From the IMG/VR virus record IMGVR_UViG_3300050015_000600, positions 1 through 64,000 of that record: a stretch of DNA of 64,000 nucleotides. One strand, given 5' to 3'. The position numbers and the translations under genes are program-made. Below the pieces are notes generated by a model that was given only the letters and a program-made list of their open reading frames with translations, searched no databases and was not told the origin of the DNA. Origin of the DNA: a virus. Of the stretch, positions 30,923 to 41,401 are shown in pieces (position 1 is the first letter of the stretch; every line of letters begins with the position of its first letter).

Positions 30923-31211
30923 AAAAGAAAAGAAATTTATACCCACAAACGATTGGGTATTCATACACCTTGATTCACCGGAGGTCGTGACAAAGAGCGG
31001 GTTGATAGTAGTGAATAATAACCCGACAGAAGAACCGCCGTTGTTCGCAACGGTACTGCGTGCAGGCAAAAAATGCTTGTACGTAAAACCTGGAGACAGG
31101 ATAAAATTTGAAAAATACTCTGTAGTAGAATCCGGCCTGTTTGAAGATGGCAAAAAGATAGACATGCTACGAGAAAAACACATTGAATTAATTTTGGATA
31201 TAGATGAATAG
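30915..31211 (+). CDS. groES: Co-chaperonin GroES (Cpn10) homologue
   Basis: FIPTNDWVFI...TKSGLIV...ATVLRAG...VKPGDRIKFEKYS...DGKK..MLRE. Confidence 0.85.
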   Translation: MNKKEKKFIPTNDWVFIHLDSPEVVTKSGLIVVNNNPTEEPPLFATVLRAGKKCLYVKPGDRIKFEKYSVVESGLFEDGKKIDMLREKHIELILDIDE

Positions 31212-31614
31212 ATTACATTTAGGGATTAGACCCGCAAGGCGGCTGTTGAAAGTATCCCAGGGCGAATTAGCCCGATTAATGGGAAAGAATCCGGCTTATA
31301 TAAGCGCGGTGGAAACCGGCAGACATAACGGCAGCATATTGTTATACAACAAAATATGCGAAACATTAGGATTGCCGTTGGTTGTAGTCGCTATGGAAGC
31401 CTTACAGGTCGAAGAAATACGAAGCAAAGAAATGGAAGAATTTTTATCAATAAAAAATGAACTTTATCGTTTCCTTGGTGTTGACAAAATCATAGATGAG
31501 AAGAATGAAACTATCGAAATGCGTAAAATAGCGGAGAAGTTATGTCCAACGAAACCATTGGTGAACAATTTGCAGCAGCAGAACTTCGAGCAAAAATCCT
31601 ACAAGACAGTATAG
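31204..31614 (+). CDS. XRE-family HTH transcriptional regulator
   Basis: SQGELARLMGKNPAYISAVETG. Confidence 0.85.
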   Translation: MNRLHLGIRPARRLLKVSQGELARLMGKNPAYISAVETGRHNGSILLYNKICETLGLPLVVVAMEALQVEEIRSKEMEEFLSIKNELYRFLGVDKIIDEKNETIEMRKIAEKLCPTKPLVNNLQQQNFEQKSYKTV

Positions 31615-31904
31615 CCCTTAGCGTTCGAAAGATATGTAAAACGCTTGCTAAGATGAGCGTAGGATTTGGGAATCGTCTGATCGTTTTATTGTTTCGTCAA
31701 CCGCATAACAACATCGTTGATTTTATGCACGAATTAAAATTATACCACGGTAAAAATAGATTATCGGGTAAGGAGTTTTCTTCATTAGCTAAACTAGTCT
31801 TTCCTGATGTAGAGTTTAACAAAGACAACATCGAGAAATATGGTAATTATGAAGACTGTTTCCCCAGCGTAGATGATTACGAAGAAATTCCTTGTCCTTT
31901 TTAA
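31542..31904 (+). CDS. Hypothetical protein
   Basis: 120 aa; GGAG SD; overlaps the XRE gene. Confidence 0.5.
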   Translation: MSNETIGEQFAAAELRAKILQDSIALSVRKICKTLAKMSVGFGNRLIVLLFRQPHNNIVDFMHELKLYHGKNRLSGKEFSSLAKLVFPDVEFNKDNIEKYGNYEDCFPSVDDYEEIPCPF

Positions 31905-31908
31905 AGAT

Positions 31909-31993
31909 TCCTGTGAGAACAGGAGGCATTTATCCTCTCCCCCTTGGGTTAATGCTGCCACGGAGCCGTCTATAAACGGCGGCTCTAATTTTT
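31909..31993 (+). ncRNA. Candidate small structured RNA / 3' UTR element ending in a terminator-like hairpin
   Basis: TCCTGT-GAGA-ACAGGA; a GCATT/AATGC stem enclosing a C/T-rich loop; GAGCCGTC/GGCGGCTC followed by a T-rich tract. Confidence 0.45.
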
Positions 31994-32004
31994 AAACTTT
32001 AATT

Positions 32005-32196
32005 TTGGATTTTATGAAAGCTAAGAAAGGAACATGGATGGGTCTCGCAATAACAATTTTGTTAGAAGCGGGACTGTTCATCCCGATAGTTAAAGCAACG
32101 GAATGGATGTTTACAACAGTATTTGTATTATGGTTAATATGTTTAATGGTTACAGTAATATTTTATGGAGTTGATTGTGCACACGAAAGAAGTTAG
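32005..32196 (+). CDS. Small membrane protein (2 TM)
   Basis: Two hydrophobic segments. Confidence 0.55.
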   Translation: MDFMKAKKGTWMGLAITILLEAGLFIPIVKATEWMFTTVFVLWLICLMVTVIFYGVDCAHERS

Positions 32197-32413
32197 AATA
32201 GACAAGAGACAATCTTTTACCGGCGGGAAGGATAACGTGGATTGTGCATACTGTACGAATTGTACAGGGTGCATAGGATGCACAAACTGCCAAGGCTGCC
32301 ATTCTTGTACGGATTGCATAGATTGTTATGGATTAGTTGGAAAAGTCGGCTGGGTGGATAATAAACCGGTTGGCCCTGATGAAGAATACGATAGTTATAA
32401 TAATTGGGATTAA
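32165..32413 (+). CDS. Cys-rich (Cxx)n repeat protein
   Basis: CAYCTNCTGCIGCTNCQGCHSCTDCIDC. Confidence 0.65.
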   Translation: MELIVHTKEVRIDKRQSFTGGKDNVDCAYCTNCTGCIGCTNCQGCHSCTDCIDCYGLVGKVGWVDNKPVGPDEEYDSYNNWD

Positions 32414-33386
32414 GATGGGAAAGATAGAAATAGACGTTGCGCTATGGATGGAAATATACTCTGTTTTGGGTTATACGATCGGCATTAGCGAAGGTACGCG
32501 GTATAATATTATGACAGAATCCTATTTTACCCTGCAAGAAAAATTAAACTTAGAAGGATTATTGGTAAGCAATGTTAGCAAAATAGAAAAATTGCTTAGT
32601 AAAATGACAGAGGTAATGGATGACTAAAGAAGATTTTGAACTTACGTTCGGGCGGAAAACACTTCTGTATGTAGAAAAAGGCTGTTACCGCAAGCTACAA
32701 AAAGTATTCGGAGATTACACTCTCGAAGTAGTAAAACTCTATCCTTTTGTAACATTACGCTTAGGCGACGAAGTGTTAGTATTTGACTTAGTAAACTTTA
32801 CAATTAACGAAACTAATATGACGCTATTCTCAAGTATGGTTGGTATATATCAAACTCACTTAAGAAAGGCGGTATGGGATGCGACAATAGAAGATTTTCA
32901 CAGCGGTAAGCGTACATCGCTAACACAGCCGATGTTGGATGTCGCAAAAGAAATTTCAAAAGGAGTAAATGATGACTGATTTAACAGACGACGCAAAACT
33001 TAAGATTGCTGAAAGACTTAAAGAAATAGAAACTGAATTCAAGGAAGCAGTAGCGAGCTTAACAGAAGCCGAGTTAGTAATTTTCTACAATGCTTTTAAC
33101 TTAGGCTACAGGAAATCATTCTTCGTAGATGTAGCAGAAAGCAACGGGATAGCTTATGAATAAATATTTACTATGCGACAAAGTATCCGGCAAGGTGATA
33201 TGCGAGAAATTCGGCGAAGACTTTCAATATTCCGATGATGGCTTGCATGATTTTATAGTTGATTCTACCGGAGAAGATAACAAAATACTATGGTGCTGGT
33301 CGCACGACAGCTACTTGGTGGGCGTTGAATATGACGTAGAACCGCCGAAAGAACAACCTGTTGTGTTATTTCAAAAGAAGGGGTAA
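32337..33386 (+). CDS. Run of four small hypothetical genes (32337/32414-32627, 32620-32979, 32969-33163, 33156-33386)
   Basis: Co-oriented, overlapping stop/start pairs with SD motifs. Confidence 0.5.
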
Positions 33387-33486
33387 TATGGGTCTAACAA
33401 TAATACTTATTTGCGCCCTTGCTTTATCAGGCCTACTGTTTTATTTAACAGCGAAAGAAAAGAAAAATAACAATTTTAAATTTTAA

Positions 33487-33508
33487 AGGGACTACTGTCC
33501 CTATTTTT
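33487..33508 (+). terminator. Short intrinsic terminator
   Basis: AGGGAC-TACT-GTCCCT-ATTTTT. Confidence 0.55.
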
Positions 33509-33525
33509 ATATTATAGGAGATATA

Positions 33526-34947
33526 ATGAAACGAATTATTCTAATTGCAATAACCTTGTTGGCTATTACAACAATCAGCAAAGCGGATGGCTTTATAAAC
33601 CCGCAATCCGAGTATTACTTCGGAAGAAGTTATAACATACAATATACAGACGAAGTGCCGACAGAGAGCCTGCAATATTACTTTGCATATTCTCTCGACA
33701 ACGGCATGAACTGGACACGCTTTAGCGATACTTTGATTTGGACTTGTCCAGACACAGCAAGAGCTACTTTGCCGATTATGAAAACGGGTGATGCAAAAAT
33801 AGGTATATTTACAAATCCAAACGGAACATGGAATACTACCCCGTATTCTTTTGACACAAAGTTTAAATATTCCGACGATTTTGAATTTATACAACAGCCG
33901 GATACGATTTATAACGGAGGATCATACGAATTTTCAGTAAGAATCAACCCTGATGAAACACCAGAAGAACTGACTTTGCAATACAGTACAGACAACGGCG
34001 ATACATGGAGAATATGGTGGGTGTGTACTTTTAACCCTGAACAATACATAAAGAACATTAATATTGATAACGGCGTTATCGCTTCAAATACTATCTGGAG
34101 GTTGTGCTATGACGATCCCTTAAAAGAAGTATGCCGCACCGGAGTTATCCCATACAAAGAAAGACTTGCCTATTTTAATTTTAAAACTAAAGGCGGAGTA
34201 AAAGAAATCTCGGATAAGGCGGAACTGCTCTGGGAATCGTCGTATAATTTTAAAACTATAAAAATTACTACATATTTTGACAATGGCTTGCTGGATGAAG
34301 CGGATTATAAAACCGACGGCATAGAAATCAACTTTGCTAAGAACGGGGAATACGTTATTGTCGGTTTGGCTCAGGATGCAAATTTTAGTATTACAAAAAC
34401 AGTTACTTTCACCGTAGGCGACCCGTGTTGGTTTGTAAAAGTTCAAGCGATAGAACTTAGAGATAGTCTTAGAAAATCAACCGACGAGCTTTTGAAGGCG
34501 AAAAAAACTATATCGTGGGCGGACAGTACTATCCTTGATTTGAATAAAAAAGTAGATTCTTTAAATAGTGTAGGAATTACACAAAACAAAACTATAGATT
34601 CTTTGCAAGAATATATTTTGATTTTAAAAACAGACAGCTTAAAGATACAATTAATTTACACTTCCGGTTGCGTAAATGAAGTAAAAGACGAAACTTTCGT
34701 TAATAATATGTCGAGCATATATGCCAATCTTACTAACGAAAGCCATATCTATATCGCCGTGCCGGAAGATTTACAGCATACCGCTTTGACGTGGTGGTGT
34801 TTTGACGGCTTGGGTAATTTTGTCCAAGCGGAATCTACAGCCGATATGCCGGATAGTATTGAGATAAAACAAGGAATGTCGCACGGAGTGTATTTTTGGT
34901 ACACTCTGCGCGATGGAATTTATAAAGCATATAAATTTGTGATATAG
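33526..34947 (+). CDS. Secreted protein with Sec signal, Asp-box motifs, coiled coil and a T9SS type-A-like C-terminal sorting domain
   Basis: MKRIILIAITLLAITTISKA signal; YSLDNGMNW and YSTDNGDTW; C-terminus SIYANL..IYI..CFDGLGNFVQ..IEIKQGMSHGVYFWY..YKFVI. Confidence 0.7.
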   Translation: MKRIILIAITLLAITTISKADGFINPQSEYYFGRSYNIQYTDEVPTESLQYYFAYSLDNGMNWTRFSDTLIWTCPDTARATLPIMKTGDAKIGIFTNPNGTWNTTPYSFDTKFKYSDDFEFIQQPDTIYNGGSYEFSVRINPDETPEELTLQYSTDNGDTWRIWWVCTFNPEQYIKNINIDNGVIASNTIWRLCYDDPLKEVCRTGVIPYKERLAYFNFKTKGGVKEISDKAELLWESSYNFKTIKITTYFDNGLLDEADYKTDGIEINFAKNGEYVIVGLAQDANFSITKTVTFTVGDPCWFVKVQAIELRDSLRKSTDELLKAKKTISWADSTILDLNKKVDSLNSVGITQNKTIDSLQEYILILKTDSLKIQLIYTSGCVNEVKDETFVNNMSSIYANLTNESHIYIAVPEDLQHTALTWWCFDGLGNFVQAESTADMPDSIEIKQGMSHGVYFWYTLRDGIYKAYKFVI

Positions 34948-34979
34948 CGGTCGTTGACCGTTTTATATAGATATAAAAC

Positions 34980-35010
34980 AAGCCCCTTAATTGGGGCTTT
35001 TCTTATTTTT
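34980..35010. terminator. Bidirectional intrinsic terminator at a convergence point
   Basis: AAGCCCC-TTAATT-GGGGCTT flanked by A and T runs. Confidence 0.8.
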
Positions 35011-35094
35011 GGGATTTAATACACTGATTATCAATCATATCGGAAATGCTATTACACACGCAGAGCAAAATGCAATAAATAATATTTGTTCCAT

Positions 35095-35292
35095 CTATCC
35101 CTTCTTTTTATAATCAGTTTCGTAGAATCCTGTGCCTTTAAAGTGTATTGCCGGAGGTTGGATAATTATATCTGACAATACTATATGGCAAGCTGGGCAA
35201 TTATTCGTTGGTTTAGACAAAGATTCTTTTATACTTTGCGTTATTTCAAATATCTGTCCGCACTTAGAGCATTTATATACGTATGTTGGCAT
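35095..35292 (-). CDS. FmdB-family zinc ribbon protein
   Basis: MPTYVYKCSKCG..FE...CPAC...FKGTGFYETDY. Confidence 0.9.
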   Translation of the reverse strand: MPTYVYKCSKCGQIFEITQSIKESLSKPTNNCPACHIVLSDIIIQPPAIHFKGTGFYETDYKKKG

Positions 35293-35537
35293 CAGCTTCC
35301 TCTTTTGTTATCAATAGTTTTAGTTTTGCTTAATGGACATAATGATATTTCTAATTGATAATATTTATATCTGGCTTTACTAGTAGCTTCGCAGGAGTCC
35401 ATTATCATTTCTTTCGCTAACAGACTATTAAAAGCCCTCTGTTGGAACCATATAAAATTCTTAACATCAAATCTCTTTGCCCATAGCCACGCTTTAAATT
35501 CACCAATCATAGTATAATATTTTAATTTCAGTTTCAT
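35292..35537 (-). CDS. Hypothetical protein
   Basis: 81 aa, coupled. Confidence 0.5.
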   Translation of the reverse strand: MKLKLKYYTMIGEFKAWLWAKRFDVKNFIWFQQRAFNSLLAKEMIMDSCEATSKARYKYYQLEISLCPLSKTKTIDNKRGS

Positions 35538-35698
35538 TCTACAACGCTCCTATGGCTTTGAGTATTTCATTTGCGAAAACTACAATTGCTATATAAACAA
35601 CAAGCACTCCAAACTATACGGTTGATTTTATCTGTCTTACGTGTTCTTTTTGGAGCAGTATTATTTTATCAAGCAACTCGTCGTTTGTCCGATCGCGG

Positions 35699-36202
35699 TT
35701 ATTCTGCATCGTCTTCTCCCTCGTTTATCCAATAACTCTTTATATACCAAACTACCATATACATAGCTTCGTCATCCCGCCAAGTATTGATCACGCAGGC
35801 GATAGTGTTTTTATCATCGCGGAAGAATATATCCGTTTGATAGTTATTTCCAACGTCGGATTGGCATTGGAACGACATGTGTAGATTAGTACTGTCAAAT
35901 TTAAACGTTCCGGCTTTGATCAAATACATGCTTGTTATGTCTTCTGCTGTGTGTTTAAAGAATTTATATTCTTTGTTAAACTCGAACACAGTAAAATAGC
36001 CTGTATTCGAATTTGTCCGCTCCCAAGTTTCTCCGTTATCGCTACTGATAAAGTTATTACAGCCCATTGTACTAATGCTTGTTCCGCCTTCATAGCCAGA
36101 GCAGGAATATGTGCTTATGGCCGTTATTGCTAATGCTAACAACAATGCAATTGCGCACCAGCCTAAACATCGAACTATTTTATCCGTTTTCTCGTCTTTC
36201 AT
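35699..36202 (-). CDS. Exported/membrane-anchored protein with an Asp-box
   Basis: N-terminal hydrophobic segment ending near Cys; ISSDNGETW. Confidence 0.55.
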   Translation of the reverse strand: MKDEKTDKIVRCLGWCAIALLLALAITAISTYSCSGYEGGTSISTMGCNNFISSDNGETWERTNSNTGYFTVFEFNKEYKFFKHTAEDITSMYLIKAGTFKFDSTNLHMSFQCQSDVGNNYQTDIFFRDDKNTIACVINTWRDDEAMYMVVWYIKSYWINEGEDDAE

Positions 36203-36377
36203 TATTCTGCATCCTCAAGCTGTTCTTGCAAATACTCAATCGTTTTACTTATCTGCTCTTTGTCCATTATGTATCTTAAGCGTCTATCGCCACAAGCAAT
36301 TGATATTAATATATCACTGTTTATGCCTAAATCACTGAATATCAACTCTGTGTTATTCTTCTTTTTTAATTTTAACA

Positions 36378-36596
36378 TTACTCAACCTCTTGAAATTGTT
36401 CAACATAAACCTTGTGCCAACACGTAGGGCATATATGTCTGCCGTCCTTCTTGATATGCAACCAACATTCTTCTTCTGCAAAAAGTATAGCGTCTTCCGG
36501 CGTAGGATAACCGCAATACGCGCTGTCTTCGCAATAATCTGCACCGCATTCGTCACATATAATCGTAAATGCGTGAATTTCTATATCTTTAATCAT
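36378..36596 (-). CDS. Small Zn-finger protein
   Basis: CDECG...W...HICPTC. Confidence 0.6.
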   Translation of the reverse strand: MIKDIEIHAFTIICDECGADYCEDSAYCGYPTPEDAILFAEEECWLHIKKDGRHICPTCWHKVYVEQFQEVE

Positions 36597-36738
36597 CTTT
36601 CGCCTCTAGTAGTAATTCTTCTAAGCATTCTGTGCATAAATAGTCTGTCACTTCGCACCATTCTAATTGCGCGTAGGACGTTTGTCCACATCTGTCGCAT
36701 TCGAGTATTACGTATTCATCGGTTATTTCTTTTAACAT

Positions 36739-38482
36739 TTAATCATCCTCCGAAGGGAAATGTTTAACTTCTTTGTATCGTTCATGCCAGGCAGAAGCCT
36801 GCATAGTCATGTCGGAGAACTGCCTCTGAAGCTCAACCGTTCGCGTCACTAGCTGTTCTTTTTCTTTTATTTCTTCGCCTATCTGGTGATATAGTTCGCT
36901 TTTCTTTATATGCGCTTGCTCTAAATCCATTGTTCTCGCTCGCAATAAATATGCCAGCCGATCTATCTCTTTTTGCTTTTTGCCAAACATTAGTCTCTAT
37001 CCCTATTATTATAATAATTTAACGCGCCTGCAATTTCCATTGCATCTTCGTGGTTTTCAGAGTGAGCTAAAACATAGTAAGTCATCGCGTCGCTCCGCCA
37101 GTCTTTTTTTCGAGTAGTAGAATCAACAATGTCGTAACCATCATTGATTTTGTTCACTTGATGTCCTGTATATGGGACTATCTTTACTTCGTATCTATTT
37201 TTCTTTGCCATGACCATCTCTTTTGATTACAAAATCTAATTCTTCGATTCTTTGTTCTAATTGTTCTATTTGGTTAATGCAAGCATTCTCTAACCTATTG
37301 TATTCTTTCCGTTCGTCTTCTAATTGATTTTCTAATCGCGACACTTGGTCTTCAGCGGCGGCGCGTATGCCGGAATTAGTGAGCCGTATAGCTTCGATAT
37401 GATCTCTAATTCTGTCATAAACCGCCTGTGTTTCCATTTCTACGTCGCTTTGCATATCAGGCGTAAAGTCGTAGCTTGCCAAACCAAAGTGTTTTTCGTA
37501 CTGTTCGACGAAGTAATCGCATATTTTGTGTAGTATTGGCGTTATATTGCCGTCTATTTCTTCGCATGTCCAAGGATATTCAAATGCCATTAGCCTATCC
37601 CCATGCTTTCGTAAGTAATATCTTTAGGCTCGTAGCCTATATTAATCAATCTCAATAATAACCATTCTTCTAATGAAGATAAGTCCGAAGTAGAGCGTGG
37701 TGACACGCCCCCTTCTACTGCATATTCTTTGAGAATCTTGACTGCTTTTTCTGCTTTAATATTCATTCTGTTACTCTCAAAACTATTTGAACATTATATA
37801 TTCGTTCTTGCATTTTGTTTGCGTAGTGAATATCGTAGGTTCCTTGAAGAATATTTTGCGACACTATGTCCGTTACCTCAGAATCGTAGTATTTTAAACC
37901 GATTTCGCGCATATCGTAGGCGATACGCATATTATCTATATCGCCTACATGTTGTCCCATGAATAATATCTTTTGAATTTTCATTATACATCCTCTAAAA
38001 TATCATTCAAATAATTAGCTATGACACGTATCTCAGGTTTATTAAACCGGAAGGCGCGTGTTTCGCATCCGTCTTTTGCAAATGTCACTTTGACATAGCC
38101 GCTTGGGTGTAGTTCGCCGAATACAGCTACAGCACCCGAACGCTCTATAAGCAAACAATTAGCATATTTATCAGCCGGTTCCTCTTTGACACTTGCGTAC
38201 TGAGCTTGATTCTGTCCTGCGGAATGCGCATTACCAAAAGGATTAGAGCTTTCGCCTTTAAAACTTTTGCCGAATGTCTTTTCGAGCATACCAAATAAAT
38301 CATTCTCCATCTTCTAACTCCCGTTCCCAACAATCTCTGCATGAGAAAAAATCGCTGTTTCTGCATTCGTATTTTACGTTTATTGTATTATGCGGGCATT
38401 CTTCGCCTATTATCATATCTTCGGCGAGGATGAGTATCTCGCCTTGTGTTAAATTACACATTCTTTTTTCTAAAAGCGTCAT
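36739..38482 (-). CDS. Cluster of small hypothetical genes (36739-36990, 36990-37217, 37195-37590, 37590-37766, 37763-37984, 37984-38310, 38300-38482)
   Basis: Contiguous, translationally coupled minus-strand ORFs. Confidence 0.5.
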
Positions 38483-38817
38483 TAGTGCGTACCTTCTTCT
38501 GCTTCAATTTTTGCTAAAAATAAATTTTCTATTAGTATAAGATAGTTTATCATGTCACCGATTATTTCATCCAATAGCTCTACTGTCGGAGAAAAACCTT
38601 TTTTATCATTCTCGATCATATCCTGCAACACTATCTCGTGTTTCGTCTGTAATATTACACAATATTCCTGCGGAGTAATGCCATTCAGCTTTGCTCCGGC
38701 AATCAAACTATGCAATCTATCACGGTCGCTTGCGTAAATCTCTGCTTTTTTATTTAATGTTGCTTTTATCTTTTTGCAACGTTCTTCTACATTTCTCTGA
38801 AAGTCGTTATTCGTCAT
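38482..38817 (-). CDS. Nucleotide-modification-associated (Nmad1/DUF1599-like, MazG-type all-alpha) protein
   Basis: LNKKAEIYA..D.LHS...KH...EIIGDMINYLIL. Confidence 0.65.
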   Translation of the reverse strand: MTNNDFQRNVEERCKKIKATLNKKAEIYASDRDRLHSLIAGAKLNGITPQEYCVILQTKHEIVLQDMIENDKKGFSPTVELLDEIIGDMINYLILIENLFLAKIEAEEGTH

Positions 38818-39191
38818 TACAATTTTCCTAATGATTTAATAATTTCGTCTGCTATAACATACATACCTTGTTGAATAGCGTCATATATCTTCTGTGTAGC
38901 CGGAGTATTCATAACTCTGCTTGGGTAATTATGCAATCTTTGTGCTAAATCGTTCAAATATTCTTCATCTGTATGCGCAGGGTTCGCTATAGGCTCGTTA
39001 GTATGAACCGGAACGGGTACAGCTTGAGCCGGTTGCGTCATTTGTTCCCGCAATATAGCGTTTTCTTTCTTTAGCCGGTCTGGGGCAGCATCTTCTTCAT
39101 AACACAAGGAACAAGGGTATTCCTCATCTATCCAAGGATGGACTTCACAATAACCTTTCTTTAATATTTCGCCATAAATATCATAAGCCAT
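38817..39191 (-). CDS. Hypothetical protein
   Basis: N-terminal CEVHP..EYPCSLC. Confidence 0.55.
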   Translation of the reverse strand: MAYDIYGEILKKGYCEVHPWIDEEYPCSLCYEEDAAPDRLKKENAILREQMTQPAQAVPVPVHTNEPIANPAHTDEEYLNDLAQRLHNYPSRVMNTPATQKIYDAIQQGMYVIADEIIKSLGKL

Positions 39192-39238
39192 ATCTAATCC
39201 TCAAATAATAATTCTTAAAATTGTAATTTTACTTAGTT

Positions 39239-39270
39239 CAAATATACAAAAATATGCTGACATACACAAA
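39239..39270 (-). promoter_or_regulatory. Bacteroidota-type promoter
   Basis: TTTG-N20-TATATTTG. Confidence 0.75.
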
Positions 39271-39308
39271 TAATATATTAGATAGTATAAAACAAGTATA
39301 AACAGAAC

Positions 39309-39337
39309 AAAAAAAGCAGACTATTTCTAATCTGCTT
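39309..39337 (-). terminator. Intrinsic terminator
   Basis: AAGCAGA/TCTGCTT stem followed by a T run on the minus strand. Confidence 0.65.
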
Positions 39338-39373
39338 ACCATGGATAATTATTACAAAAAAACTTTTACCTAA

Positions 39374-40361
39374 TTATTCATCCTCTTCGTAATGTACGGC
39401 AATAGACTTGCCTTTTAACACTCTTATTGAATCCTTAATCAATTTCCGGTAATTCTTAGAGCCTGCTAATGGCTTAGCAATCCAGTACATCTTGCCTATT
39501 TTAACTTTAACGCTGTTGTTCTCGGTGTTTTGTAACAAGAAGTCAATTAATGCGCTCATATTACCTCCACAGGTGTTAATGCCGCTTTATAAATAGCTAC
39601 GCATTTTTCTACAGGTACTCTGAACAACACATTAGCGTGTTTTAATTCCTTATTATCATAGCCTATGTAATGAGTTTTGTTGACCCAATAACCAGCCTGT
39701 CCATCGTAAGTCAGTAGATTTCCACCACTCCTTTCTTCTACGGTAATATACGCAATCCTTGGTAGATTGGGTTGTGTTATACTACTACCCCTTTGTACCG
39801 TACTGCCAAGTGCGAATGTAAAACCATCACCCCATAATTCAATTATTTCTTCTTCGTTGCCCATAATATCTCCTTTAAAATGTTATATCATCTTCTTTGT
39901 AACTATCCATCTCTCGTTGCAGTATAACTATAGTGTCTTCTATTGTGTAAGGGTATAAAGAGTGGAACAATTTCTCTTTGGTGATTGTACCATCATGGAT
40001 AAATTTACCTATTAATTGCAGATTGTCTATCAAATTTTGAATCTTTTCCATAGCCAACTCCTTATACCAACATAGTCAAACTTCTTAATATTGTCCCAGC
40101 ACGAGATGCCTGTGTACGCAAACGCTCTAATTCCTCTTCAAAATAATAATATATCGTACCTTCAGGAATATCAGGTTGCTTTTTACAGCACTCAGTCGGC
40201 GAAGGTGTCTCGTTTGCACCTAGTCGTAATGTTGCCATGTGTATATCTATTAACTTCTTCTCTAGGTCGTCTATTGTATCCTTGTAGTCATTGGTTAATT
40301 TTAATAGCACAGCTGTGTCTCCAACCGGAGTAGGTCTCATCGCACGTCCATCGTTTTCCAT
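39374..40361 (-). CDS. Four small hypothetical genes (39374-39559, 39556-39864, 39875-40057, 40062-40361)
   Basis: SD motifs (GGAGG, AAGGAG); bounded by a promoter and a terminator. Confidence 0.55.
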
Positions 40362-40395
40362 AAATCAAAATCCTAAAATGTATAAAAACAATATT

Positions 40396-40427
40396 CAAAT
40401 ATACAAAAAGTTACTATAATAACCAAA
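40396..40427 (-). promoter_or_regulatory. Bacteroidota-type promoter
   Basis: TTTG-N20-TATATTTG. Confidence 0.75.
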
Positions 40428-41025
40428 AATAGAATGTAAAAAGAATAAACAAAACAAAGAAGATTAAGATTATAATATCCTCGCCTTGTTAAGGCTCGAA
40501 TATTATGTAGAAACAAGTCTCCAGCCTATGAGAAAATGAGACTATCACATGACCATCATATAGCAACTATTTGTAAAATAACAATATCCTACAACTAAAG
40601 CGCATAAATGACACTATAAAAATTATAAAAATGATAGATCGAAGTGTTTTTGCTAGGGAGAAAAGAGACAGGGATGATTTGTATGATTATAGCTAAGTCT
40701 ATATAATTGATGCAGTTACTATCTAAAAGGTGACAATTCTGATTCTCTCTGTGTGGGTACCCCTCCCCTCCCGCCATCGCGATTGCCGTCCTATACCCCA
40801 CCTTAAAACTTCTACATATTACATTAAAATGTTTTTGTTCAGGTGCTAAACAATATATACAAACATATAGCATGCATAATGGTATTATCATGCTATATAA
40901 ATAAAATTCAATAACTTACATTAATATTCAATGCTATTGGGTATTCGATTTAGCACGTTGTCATTCATATATTACATTACTACGTATTTGTTACGTTTGT
41001 TATTTGTAAACAAAACAACGTTATA

Positions 41026-41038
41026 AATCAACCACTTA
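41026..41038 (+). promoter_or_regulatory. IHF-consensus site
   Basis: AATCAACCACTTA matches WATCAANNNNTTR; a second match lies on the minus strand at 41219-41231. Confidence 0.45.
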
Positions 41039-41369
41039 GAGTAATTCGCCTGGATTGCGTGTCATTGCGTGGATCGTTATACAATGTATAGACCGACTTT
41101 TCAAGTTTTGTTCGTTGGTGTCCCGATTTGTTGGCGTCCCTCCACTTACCCCTACAAACCAACAACAAACCCTTGTAATACATACACTTACTCTTATCAT
41201 AATTATACGATATAATCTTAACATATTGATATTTATACACTTACTATATTTAGCACGTTTATACTACTACAAACTGTCAGATTTATTACACACTTTTATA
41301 TATTTGTTATTGTTTGACTACTTTTTTGTTGATTATTTAGTATTTTTCTTGTTTTCTTCGCATATTATA

Positions 41370-41401
41370 TTTGCATATGTGAAATAAAAGTGTTAATTTT
41401 G
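41370..41401 (+). promoter_or_regulatory. Bacteroidota-type promoter for the early operon
   Basis: TTTG-N20-TAATTTTG. Confidence 0.8.

Noticed and set aside
40595-41387. ORFs 40595-40891, 41028-41240, 41036-41224 and 41055-41387
   Set aside because: Biased composition, mutual overlap and no SD; the region looks regulatory.
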